This document shows, piece by piece, positions 17,989 through 25,971 of a DNA stretch of 64,000 nucleotides. The notes under the pieces were generated by a model. The model was not told where the DNA came from. It did no database searches and worked only from the letters and a program-made list of their open reading frames with translations. The DNA lies in the IMG/VR virus record IMGVR_UViG_3300029319_000003, positions 64,001 through 128,000 of that record. One strand, 5' to 3'. The position numbers were made by a program, and so were the translations under genes. This DNA comes from a virus. The stretch's first letter is position 1. Each line of letters opens with the position of its first letter.

Positions 17989-18225
17989 TTAGTCCTGAAT
18001 TGATTCCTTTTTTACCCAAATAACATTTACTGGTGATTCAAAGATCTTGGCGATCTTGTGTTCGACGTGGACAGCAACATATTCGCCACCTCCAGTCCAA
18101 GGTAGCCGTGAACCCTCAATCTCCTCCACTGACGTGAACTCGCGAGTGCAGGGGTAGTAAAAATTATAATGACCAATCTGACTGGGCTTTACTTGCGATA
18201 AAGCCCTGATTGTTACTTGAGACAT
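17989..18225 (-). CDS. Hypothetical protein
   Basis: 78 aa with SD AGGAAAGGA; fills the gap between neighbouring genes. Confidence 0.6.
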   Translation of the reverse strand: MSQVTIRALSQVKPSQIGHYNFYYPCTREFTSVEEIEGSRLPWTGGGEYVAVHVEHKIAKIFESPVNVIWVKKESIQD

Positions 18226-18244
18226 TTATTGTTCCTTTCCTGTC

Positions 18245-18364
18245 TTAAATAGCGGGCGCGACCCGCCCGAGTTTGCTGCCCTTGCAACAACGGCGAACTG
18301 GCTGCAAAGCCCACTTAGTTACGAAAAAATCCATAAAACTAAACATTGGAATTGTTAGTGCCAT
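18245..18364 (-). CDS. Small 39 aa Cys-Cys peptide
   Basis: A perfect SD (AAGGAGGT) lies 5 nt before ATG 18364; the product is MALTIPMFSFMDFFVTKWALQPVRRCCKGSKLGRVAPAI. Confidence 0.55.
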   Translation of the reverse strand: MALTIPMFSFMDFFVTKWALQPVRRCCKGSKLGRVAPAI

Positions 18365-18689
18365 TTTCAACCTCCTTACTTGTGGATGAGTTAACGTATT
18401 CAACTTTAAAACCGCAGTCTCCAACAATCATGCTCAAGGCATAAGAGGTTGCAGAACTTAACCAGCCGCAAACCAAAGCGTTAACAAGTGTATAATCAAA
18501 TGTAAATAGTTCCGTCCATGCATTTATTCCAAACAAAAATAAACCACTCCAGAATCCCAAACACATGGGACAGTGAAATAGTTCTCCAAGTTTGCCCTTT
18601 GTTGGTCTAACAGAATCAAAGATTGTTCCATATACAAGAATCTGTGTCAGACCGTGGGACGCTAATACAAACCAAACCAACTCATTCAT
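18339..18689 (-). CDS. Membrane protein, DUF1360-like
   Basis: 116 aa with several hydrophobic segments and an ELFHCPMCLGFW (CxxC..W) motif. Confidence 0.65.
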   Translation of the reverse strand: MNELVWFVLASHGLTQILVYGTIFDSVRPTKGKLGELFHCPMCLGFWSGLFLFGINAWTELFTFDYTLVNALVCGWLSSATSYALSMIVGDCGFKVEYVNSSTSKEVENGTNNSNV

Positions 18690-18698
18690 GCATCACCT

Positions 18699-19247
18699 CT
18701 ATGATCGCCAGCCGTGGGTGCCGGGGTACTGACCTCTCGGATTAATACTGCCCTTGCTTGTTGCATGGGGTACTTCGCCCATCTCTGTGGAGTGCTCCTC
18801 TTCTGGCTCCAAAAGATGATCTTCAAACTGTTCTTCCCAAGCCTCTTCGGCAACGTAACTTTCTCGGAACTCTTGCATATACTTTCCAATTGTGTATACA
18901 ATAATATCTACACTGTTTTCAGCGTCGGCTGGGAAGGTTGCTTCCAGCGAGTTAAAGACGTTTCCTGCTCTGATGCTGTCCTCAAATATAACACCATTGC
19001 GATTTAGAAAATCGTACATTTCAGACTGGACACCGTAAGTGTCATCTGTTACACCGGATTTTGTCATGGTTAAAATTTTATTTTTGTCTGGCATGACAAT
19101 AACGTCAAATGATGGATGGTCTTTGATGGCGTAGTTCCCGCCCATCGTCTTTCGGATGACCATCTCCATCTGTGCTTGGGGAGTCGGCTTGACTTCAATA
19201 TCGACCTGCTCTAGAGCCTCGTCTGCAACTTTGAGTGTGATTGCCAT
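18699..19247 (-). CDS. Hypothetical acidic protein
   Basis: 182 aa; its ATG overlaps the upstream stop (TAATG). Confidence 0.75.
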   Translation of the reverse strand: MAITLKVADEALEQVDIEVKPTPQAQMEMVIRKTMGGNYAIKDHPSFDVIVMPDKNKILTMTKSGVTDDTYGVQSEMYDFLNRNGVIFEDSIRAGNVFNSLEATFPADAENSVDIIVYTIGKYMQEFRESYVAEEAWEEQFEDHLLEPEEEHSTEMGEVPHATSKGSINPRGQYPGTHGWRS

Positions 19248-20095
19248 TATGCAACCTCCCTGACAAGTTCTTGAATCTTAAGAAGACGTTTAAGGTTCCC
19301 TTCATTGATTGGAGTAGTCTTATACTCTTCAAGAATTGCCAAAACCCTCTTTGCATTGTCAAGCATTGTAGAGTCAGACTTGATCTCTTCGATTGTTAGT
19401 GATTCAGTCACGGCATCTCGCAAACGTCCAATCTCTTCGTTGAGGTATTCGTTCAAACTGATGCCTCCATCCGAGAAGGAGAAAATATAGCGCATCAATA
19501 CTTGCTGCTGCTCTTCATGGAGCGACTGCTTGTATGTCTGATTAAACTTCTCTGTAAAAGTCTTAAACACTAAGTTATCAACGTGCTCAAGTGGCTCAAG
19601 TGGCTTTTCTTCTGGTGCAGCCGTAGACATTTTTGCAACAATCTTTTCTTCTAAAATCACACGATCCTTGACAGATGCTGTACCTCCGAAAATCTGTGCG
19701 ATTGTTGCCAAAGTCTTGTAGTCGGGCACAAAGTTAGAATATACCTCGCCGCCAAGTTCAATATTAATTCTTTTAATCAAGCGCGACTGCTCAACGAACA
19801 AGGCAGTTCGGTCCACTTTGGTGTCATGCTCTTTTCTTGTCTCCGACACCATCTTTTCTGCCACTCGGGGCTTCAACTCTTTAGTGTCGGTCAAGACGCC
19901 ATACAACTGCAACTCTGTATAAAGTTGAGTGCCCTTATGAAAATGCTCTTGTAGGATTCTCATAACTCGCGCTTGACGTGGCGTGTCTTTTGCCACAATA
20001 GTTTTGGTTAGTTCGTTGCACAACGCCTCATATAGAAATGCAGTATTTCGCTTTTTGTTGTGCTTGAACTTTTTAAGTTTCTGATTTGGTTTCAT
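19247..20095 (-). CDS. Hypothetical helical protein downstream of the portal gene
   Basis: KFKHNKKRNTAFLYEAL motif. The start is placed at ATG 20095 (SD GGAGAG) rather than 20116. Confidence 0.75.
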   Translation of the reverse strand: MKPNQKLKKFKHNKKRNTAFLYEALCNELTKTIVAKDTPRQARVMRILQEHFHKGTQLYTELQLYGVLTDTKELKPRVAEKMVSETRKEHDTKVDRTALFVEQSRLIKRINIELGGEVYSNFVPDYKTLATIAQIFGGTASVKDRVILEEKIVAKMSTAAPEEKPLEPLEHVDNLVFKTFTEKFNQTYKQSLHEEQQQVLMRYIFSFSDGGISLNEYLNEEIGRLRDAVTESLTIEEIKSDSTMLDNAKRVLAILEEYKTTPINEGNLKRLLKIQELVREVA

Positions 20096-22037
20096 TGCGT
20101 CTCTCCAAGCCGTCAATCAAGTTTCGTACATCTTGATCGATTTTATTAACTTCGAAAAGAAGTTCTTCTTCTTCACTAGGATAAGTAGTATCCTCGTTCT
20201 CATAAATTCCGTTTGCGAGCCCCATTAAGTCAGAAAGACCCTTATTAATGTTCCGACTGGTGGAACTCGTTATTTCTTTAGACCAGACCCCAGCCATTGA
20301 ACGTGCTCGGGCACCGGCGTCACGACGATCTACATCCACGGGCTGATACCACTTACCTTTAGACAAAGGGGTTGTTGTCATGTCATCGTCTCGCTTACCG
20401 GGCGCAGCAAGAAGTGGTCCTTCATCGCCGCCCTCATCCCCGCCGCCTTCATCGCCGCCGAGATCTCCTCCGAGGTCACCGCCAAGGTCGCCACCGCCCA
20501 TGTCGTCGCCTCCACCCATGTCGTCACCACCTTCGCCGCCTTCACCGCCTTCACCACCGGCTCCGAATCCAAATGAATTCTCAACCTCTTCAGCGACTTT
20601 TTCAAGTGCGGCTTCGACCTTCTTATCATAAAACATTTCGCGCTGTAGTCTGACAATCTCTTGATCTGACAAGCCAAAAACATTCTTCTGTACCCAGCGC
20701 TTGGAGAAGTATCCCTCGGTTGCGCCGCCAGCGATTTCAAACTTGGTCTTCCAGTGCTCCAGTTCTTGAAGTTCAGCAATCTTTGATGGGTTGTTCAAAC
20801 CCAATCCAAAATTAATAAGATCTTCGTTGCGATAGCCGAGTGTGTAAAGATGGATAATGCCAATCTTCTCCAACTCGGAGATTATCGCACGCTGCAACCT
20901 TTGGATGGTCCTTGCAAAGCGAATATCTTTTTGAGCGAGCGTTGACTTATCTTCATCGGCACCTTCACCCCTTGACAGATAAGACATAGGAACTTTAAGA
21001 GCAGCGAACAACTTATCACGCAAATACTTTACGTCATCAATATCACCGGTATAAGTTCCACCGGGCAAAGACTCGATACGAGTCCCGCCACCTGAGCCGC
21101 GAACAGGCAAGAAATAATCTTCATCAATGCTCATTGGATTGTAGCGCAAATCAACGCGACCAGTGCTCGGATCAACAACTTGATTCCGCTTCATCTGTGT
21201 CATCACTCTCTGCATATATTGCTCAACATCCTGCGGGGCGATGTTGCCAACGTCAACATAAAACACGCGGCGCTCTGGAGAGCGTACAATCCGGTACGCC
21301 ATCATTGCATCTTCAAGCAGTGTCAACTGTCGCCAAATACGTCGGGCTGGCTCCAAAACAGAAGTTCCATAGGGAGCATATTTGTCATTACCAAGAATAC
21401 GAAAATGGGCAATCTGCCAGTTTTCAAAAGTCATCCCTGCGGAGTTCCACTGGTATTGAACATAATTTGGGTTCGTCTTATCCTCGCCCTCTAATCGCTC
21501 GATCTCTTCTTGGGGCATACCGATAACACTGGTAATGCCTTGAGTCTCGTCAATGTCCAGATATAGGAAAAAATCGCCAAACTTGCACATGGCGCGGGAC
21601 CAGCCGAACAAATTGTGCTCAATGTTTAGAACCTTATAATATAAAGTGTGCAGGATGCTCTTAATCTCTTCGTTTGGACAGTCGATACGCAACAAGTCGG
21701 TTAAAGCGGTGGCTGTTGTCATTTCATCAGCATATACATCCAGCGATGATGCGATTTCAGGCGTATATTCCATCTGATCAAAATCTACATACCTTTCGGC
21801 GCGATTCTGATTCGACATAATGTTTGCTTGCAACCCCTCAAACGGATTGTACGCTGATTTTTGAAAAGTTTGACCACTAATTGACTTGAAGCGCCCCGAA
21901 TACGGGTCGAGCCGCTTTCTATTGGGCGAAATCTCAGTTTGAGTGCGATAATTCGTAATTGGTCCAGAGAATAGCCGCGTCAATCGCCTAAACAGGGCTG
22001 ATTGGTTATTTTTTGGATTCTTTTTCTGATCTGCCAT
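20073..22037 (-). CDS. gp20: Portal protein (T4 gp20-like)
   Basis: MEYTPEIASSLD.YADE, LLEDAMMAYRIVRSPERRVFYVDVGN, EDYFLPVRG...TRIESLPGG and DVKYLRDKLFAALKVP. Confidence 0.97.
   Translation of the reverse strand: MADQKKNPKNNQSALFRRLTRLFSGPITNYRTQTEISPNRKRLDPYSGRFKSISGQTFQKSAYNPFEGLQANIMSNQNRAERYVDFDQMEYTPEIASSLDVYADEMTTATALTDLLRIDCPNEEIKSILHTLYYKVLNIEHNLFGWSRAMCKFGDFFLYLDIDETQGITSVIGMPQEEIERLEGEDKTNPNYVQYQWNSAGMTFENWQIAHFRILGNDKYAPYGTSVLEPARRIWRQLTLLEDAMMAYRIVRSPERRVFYVDVGNIAPQDVEQYMQRVMTQMKRNQVVDPSTGRVDLRYNPMSIDEDYFLPVRGSGGGTRIESLPGGTYTGDIDDVKYLRDKLFAALKVPMSYLSRGEGADEDKSTLAQKDIRFARTIQRLQRAIISELEKIGIIHLYTLGYRNEDLINFGLGLNNPSKIAELQELEHWKTKFEIAGGATEGYFSKRWVQKNVFGLSDQEIVRLQREMFYDKKVEAALEKVAEEVENSFGFGAGGEGGEGGEGGDDMGGGDDMGGGDLGGDLGGDLGGDEGGGDEGGDEGPLLAAPGKRDDDMTTTPLSKGKWYQPVDVDRRDAGARARSMAGVWSKEITSSTSRNINKGLSDLMGLANGIYENEDTTYPSEEEELLFEVNKIDQDVRNLIDGLERRNETKSET
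20418..20570 (-). repeat. Gly/Asp/Glu low-complexity repeat in the portal C-terminus
   Basis: GGEGGEGGEGGDDMGGGDDMGGGDLGGDLGGDLGGDEGGGDEGGDEG. Confidence 0.9.
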
Positions 22038-22043
22038 TGTTTT

Positions 22044-23621
22044 TTACCCCTTATACAGCCATTCAAATTTTTTCATCTGCTCAAGTTCCTTATTCCACTC
22101 TGGCTTGTTCTTAAAACCTTTCATGCCGGGAATTTTAGTGTCCAACTGTGTTGAAGATCTTGTCATGCCGGCAATCATAGCCCGCTTATACTCTACATCA
22201 CGCTGATTAACCACTAAAGCAGTGTCTCTGACCCAACACGCAATCGCCAAAGACATAATTAAGTCGTCATTGTAGCCGCGCATTGCCTGTGGCTTGCCAT
22301 TGTGCCAGATAAAAGTGGTTAATTCGTTTAAAAGTCTCCTTGAACGCAATGTAATTAGTTTATTGCGGATAAACTCTTCGAATTTCGCAATGATTAAAGG
22401 TCTTGTCTTGCCAGAAGTCGTAAAACCCGGTACAGAGTTAGAGACATTCTCTGCCTCATACGGATCCAAGTATTGATGACTCCCTTTTGTTGAATAATAC
22501 AGATTACTATAACCCATTTCTATGAGTTTTGTTAAGACCGAATATCCAATATTGTTATTTTCTACAACAAGCATGGCATTTCCATACTCTCGGGCTGCAT
22601 CGAACAACACTGTGGCAAAGAAGTCGGGCTCGGGCTTGCCTTGATATTCCGCTACCTGCTCAAGATCAGTAAGATCAATAATGTGAAAAACTGAGAAATC
22701 TCTTCCGTCACCACGGGCAACGTCCGCAGATAAAATATATGTATGAGTCGGGTCATATTCCTTCCAAATGTAAAAATTTCTATCAAATCCTGTCTTATGC
22801 TTGGGATCGATTATTGACTTTTCAATTACTCCAATATCTTCTGGATGAACAACTGTCTCGCCAGACATATTAAAATTGCATTCAAGTTCTTGGGCGATCT
22901 CCCGTCGAGACATGTTACGAGTTTCTTTTTCGAACCACTCCATGTCTCGATCAGGGTGCATATCCCACGGCAATGTTGTCAAATAAAAATCATTGTCTTC
23001 TTCTTGAGCGTCCGTACAAGTCTGGTGGAACCAGTTTCCCACACCGTTTGGAGTAGACAGGGCGATACATCGACCACCAGTAGACAGCGTGGGGTACAAG
23101 CCCATCCACAACTCCTCTAGACCTTCAATGTGTGCTGCCTCGTCCAGTACAAGCAAAGACAACGCCTCCGAACGACCGGCATCAGCGCTGGTTGAGGATG
23201 CTTTGATTTGGGATCCATTCGTCAACTCAAACGAGGTGCGGTTGTCAATTTCAATTTGTGCAACCTGTAGCCAATCAGGAACACCCTTCATGATTGCCTT
23301 CACCTTCTTAACCAAGTTGGCAGCGGTACTAAATTTTGTTGCCATTACCAAGATATTCTTATCTCGGTGGAATAACATCATCCAAACGACGTATCCGGCA
23401 GTAAGGGTCGAGATGCCCAACTGGCGGGCTTTCAAAATGACATTGAAGCGATAGTCGTTGAATGACTGTAGTAGGTCGTCTTGAAAGTCATAAGTCTGAA
23501 ATGGGATCAGACCTTGCATGGGGTGAGAGATCTTACAATAATTGTTTAGAAAATATGCCGGGTCTTTACCGCACCTGACAATCTCTTTTACCAGTTGTTG
23601 TTTGCTTGGAGTATAAGCCAT
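22044..23621 (-). CDS. gp17: Terminase large subunit (T4 gp17-like)
   Basis: KARQLGIST (Walker A-like), LLVLDEAAH (Walker B), LSTPNG (coupling motif), nuclease motif ADVARGDGRD and DDLIMSLAI. Confidence 0.95.
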   Translation of the reverse strand: MAYTPSKQQLVKEIVRCGKDPAYFLNNYCKISHPMQGLIPFQTYDFQDDLLQSFNDYRFNVILKARQLGISTLTAGYVVWMMLFHRDKNILVMATKFSTAANLVKKVKAIMKGVPDWLQVAQIEIDNRTSFELTNGSQIKASSTSADAGRSEALSLLVLDEAAHIEGLEELWMGLYPTLSTGGRCIALSTPNGVGNWFHQTCTDAQEEDNDFYLTTLPWDMHPDRDMEWFEKETRNMSRREIAQELECNFNMSGETVVHPEDIGVIEKSIIDPKHKTGFDRNFYIWKEYDPTHTYILSADVARGDGRDFSVFHIIDLTDLEQVAEYQGKPEPDFFATVLFDAAREYGNAMLVVENNNIGYSVLTKLIEMGYSNLYYSTKGSHQYLDPYEAENVSNSVPGFTTSGKTRPLIIAKFEEFIRNKLITLRSRRLLNELTTFIWHNGKPQAMRGYNDDLIMSLAIACWVRDTALVVNQRDVEYKRAMIAGMTRSSTQLDTKIPGMKGFKNKPEWNKELEQMKKFEWLYKG

Positions 23622-23624
23622 TCA

Positions 23625-23894
23625 TCACTCCGCTGCCGGCGAGAGTGCCCCACTTTCCTCCAGTGAAACCAGCATGTCCATAATAATGTTTGCCTGCTTT
23701 GAGACATACGAAGCATACTCAGAAGCAGTAACATGGGACGGGGAGTCTCCCATGTCTTGTGCGGCTTCCAATAGTCCCATTACCGCCTTCTTTGCGGCGT
23801 CTGCCTTCTTCTGCGGACTCATGCCCATGCCGGCGTTTTCGCGGAGAAGTTCCTCTTTAATAATTTGCTTCAAGCGGTGTCTTGTAATTTCCAT
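23625..23894 (-). CDS. Small hypothetical protein, possible head-internal protein
   Basis: The start is placed at ATG 23894 (SD AAGGGAG), giving MEITRHRLKQIIKEELLRE. Confidence 0.65.
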   Translation of the reverse strand: MEITRHRLKQIIKEELLRENAGMGMSPQKKADAAKKAVMGLLEAAQDMGDSPSHVTASEYASYVSKQANIIMDMLVSLEESGALSPAAE

Positions 23895-23896
23895 GC

Positions 23897-24442
23897 CTAC
23901 TGCTCTCCCTTGCGTGTGACGTTGCTGGGCTTCTTGGCGCTGTCGCGGCTCAATGCCAGCCAATCTTTCATCGCCTTATCGAGCCGATCTTCGCTTGACT
24001 CGTTTTGATTTGCAACAACAGCATCGCCATAGTTTCCAACGTCATACATGCAATTGGCTTGAACCCATGATCGGTGGCGGTTTAGGGACTGCACCATAAC
24101 ATCAATTTCGCCAACCTTCTTAAGATTGAGCGCACTCTTTGTTACCTTCTTGTATTCTTTCTTCAAAAAGGATGCGATCTCTTCAATCATGCTTGACACC
24201 TCACCTTCGAAGTCTTTGCCGTGAACCTCTTCCAAGGGCACCTCGCTGTGGTACTTGATACATAGTTGGTCGCCATGAAGCGCAACCTTGAATCCGTCCA
24301 TAACACGACGGTCTGTAATGTCCACATCCTCTTCTCTACGCAAGCCAATCTTTACGGGCTCGCCATTCTCATCTAGCGCACCATCGTGCGTGTTGGCAAT
24401 TGCTTGAGAGATACCCCTAACAATTTCAAGTACATCAGCCAT
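23897..24442 (-). CDS. Hypothetical protein
   Basis: 181 aa with SD AGGAG; packed in the operon upstream of the terminase. Confidence 0.75.
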   Translation of the reverse strand: MADVLEIVRGISQAIANTHDGALDENGEPVKIGLRREEDVDITDRRVMDGFKVALHGDQLCIKYHSEVPLEEVHGKDFEGEVSSMIEEIASFLKKEYKKVTKSALNLKKVGEIDVMVQSLNRHRSWVQANCMYDVGNYGDAVVANQNESSEDRLDKAMKDWLALSRDSAKKPSNVTRKGEQ

Positions 24443-24839
24443 TTTTATTTTCTCCTAAATTGGGTCGCCACCCGCCTGACCATCTTTCTTCTCGACCATC
24501 AACATGTTGTACAAAACATTGATAGCAACAACTGAACTTCGTCATATAAACGTCATCCCGCGATTCAAAAGAATATTTTTCACAAACCGGACAAGTGCGA
24601 TTAGATTCTTTATTAAGTAGTTTCTTTGTGAGCAAAAAGCCATCTTCTGTGTTGACAGTTTCAGAGCGTTCTTGATACCGCCTATCTCGTTCACTCAAAA
24701 TTTTAATTTGCTCTAAATAGTCACCCTCTTTCGCGTCGTCCCACCCCTTTTTAGGATTGGTAACGGTGTCTTCGCCCCACTCTTCGGATATGGCTTTTTC
24801 GACACGGGCAATATAGTTTAAATCTCTTTTCTGACTCAT
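24435..24839 (-). CDS. Hypothetical protein with a C-terminal Zn-finger-like motif
   Basis: The start at ATG 24839 overlaps the upstream TGA (ATGA). Contains CPVC-x15-CCYQC-F. Confidence 0.7.
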   Translation of the reverse strand: MSQKRDLNYIARVEKAISEEWGEDTVTNPKKGWDDAKEGDYLEQIKILSERDRRYQERSETVNTEDGFLLTKKLLNKESNRTCPVCEKYSFESRDDVYMTKFSCCYQCFVQHVDGREERWSGGWRPNLGENKNG

Positions 24840-25309
24840 TTCGCTGCCCCTGAAACTGCATATGTAATGCCGATAGTTGTTGCAGCACCTCCGACGAACC
24901 CAAGGACAACCCATAGCGGCGTCAAGTCTCGGCGCTTTACAATTACGTCTTCTAAATTCTGAATATGATTATCGCGAGACGACAATTGGGTTGTGTACAA
25001 GTCTCTCTCAATCTGCCAAAGACGCCGCTGTGACTCAAGTTCACTTTCCGAAATGTTCAGTCGATATTGCAGATCATTCCGCAGCAGATCGACCTCCAGT
25101 TGATGATCAAATTGAATTTTAATCATGGCATCTGGCGTCAAGAGGATACCGGCAAACGGAGCCGGGGTGCCTTGCGACAGAGACGTAACTCTCAAATCTA
25201 AGGGCACCGACGGTGTAGCACTCTCTTCTTCTGCAAACACCGGGGCTGGAAAGATAAGCCCACAGGAGACAATGCCAGCAACAATTGAATTTAAAAACTT
25301 ATTCCACAT
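24836..25309 (-). CDS. Exported coiled-coil protein with a C-terminal TM segment (spanin-like)
   Basis: N-terminal signal with IVSC (lipobox-like) or a VFA cleavage site, PAPFAGILL, a coiled coil, and C-terminal LWVVLGFVGGAATTIGITYAV. Confidence 0.5.
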   Translation of the reverse strand: MWNKFLNSIVAGIVSCGLIFPAPVFAEEESATPSVPLDLRVTSLSQGTPAPFAGILLTPDAMIKIQFDHQLEVDLLRNDLQYRLNISESELESQRRLWQIERDLYTTQLSSRDNHIQNLEDVIVKRRDLTPLWVVLGFVGGAATTIGITYAVSGAAK

Positions 25310-25694
25310 GTGTTAGTCCGTATAGTTTAGCAAGTTCTTTTGCCATAGCATCGGGGTCTTCCCGCGCTGCCTCGGCAGCAGACAAAAGTGCCTCGCGGTT
25401 CTCGGTTGTAATTTGTTTTTCCTTGATGCCGTGCTCTTCTGCCAACCTCTTCAGTCCTTCTGCATATTCTTTCTGTACTTCCATTTGGCGCTCATGGGAA
25501 TCTTGCAAAGCCTTAATCTCTGCATCGGACTGTTCCTTTCTCGATGACATGACCTTAAGAATGCCTGCTGTGTTACGGCGTCCTGTAAAAAACCCAACCG
25601 CCAACAGCGCAACACCCACAGGTAACCACCAGTTGTGTTTAATCCAAATCCATGCTTTTTTCAAAAAAAGTTTTGTTGCTATCCAACTAACCAT
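25299..25694 (-). CDS. i-spanin (Rz)-like membrane protein
   Basis: A single N-terminal TM (WWLPVGVALLAVGFF) followed by a charged coiled coil; lies directly after the holin-like gene. Confidence 0.55.
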   Translation of the reverse strand: MVSWIATKLFLKKAWIWIKHNWWLPVGVALLAVGFFTGRRNTAGILKVMSSRKEQSDAEIKALQDSHERQMEVQKEYAEGLKRLAEEHGIKEKQITTENREALLSAAEAAREDPDAMAKELAKLYGLTHVE

Positions 25695-25941
25695 GACTAC
25701 CTGACTTCCAAGCAACTGCTAAATCAATCGCAGCCTGCGAGCCGATGTATACCAAAGAGATTGTTACCCAATCGCTTGATGTTAAATTTCCTGTGAAGAG
25801 GAGCGCCCACGTTGCAGTCGCCCAGACCATGAGTTTACGAGAAACAAGTCTTCCGACAATCTTGTCTGCGATGCCCTTCTTGTCAGATTCCCAAAAATCC
25901 GATTGATTAACAGTGATTTCATTTTTTTCTTCTTCAGCCAT
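25687..25941 (-). CDS. Holin-like two-TM protein
   Basis: 84 aa with SRKLMVWATATWALLF and DWVTISLVYIGSQAAIDL; SD GGAGGG before ATG 25941. Confidence 0.6.
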   Translation of the reverse strand: MAEEEKNEITVNQSDFWESDKKGIADKIVGRLVSRKLMVWATATWALLFTGNLTSSDWVTISLVYIGSQAAIDLAVAWKSGSHG

Positions 25942-25959
25942 ATTGGTGCCCTCCACCAA

Positions 25960-25967
25960 TACATAGT
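25960..25967 (-). promoter_or_regulatory. Putative late promoter variant ACTATGTA (lysis-terminase block)
   Basis: One mismatch to ACTATTTA; 19 nt upstream of the holin ATG. Confidence 0.4.
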
Positions 25968-25971
25968 TCCC

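Noticed and set aside
18380-18427. Frameshift fusing the DUF1360-like gene to the Cys-Cys peptide at GGT TTT AAA
   Set aside because: The heptamer T TTA AAG is in the wrong frame for a -1 shift into the peptide, and the peptide has its own perfect SD.
20372-20779. Pro/Ser/Arg-rich alternative-frame ORFs over the portal tail
   Set aside because: These are by-products of the GGE/GGD low-complexity repeat, which lacks stops in the other frames.
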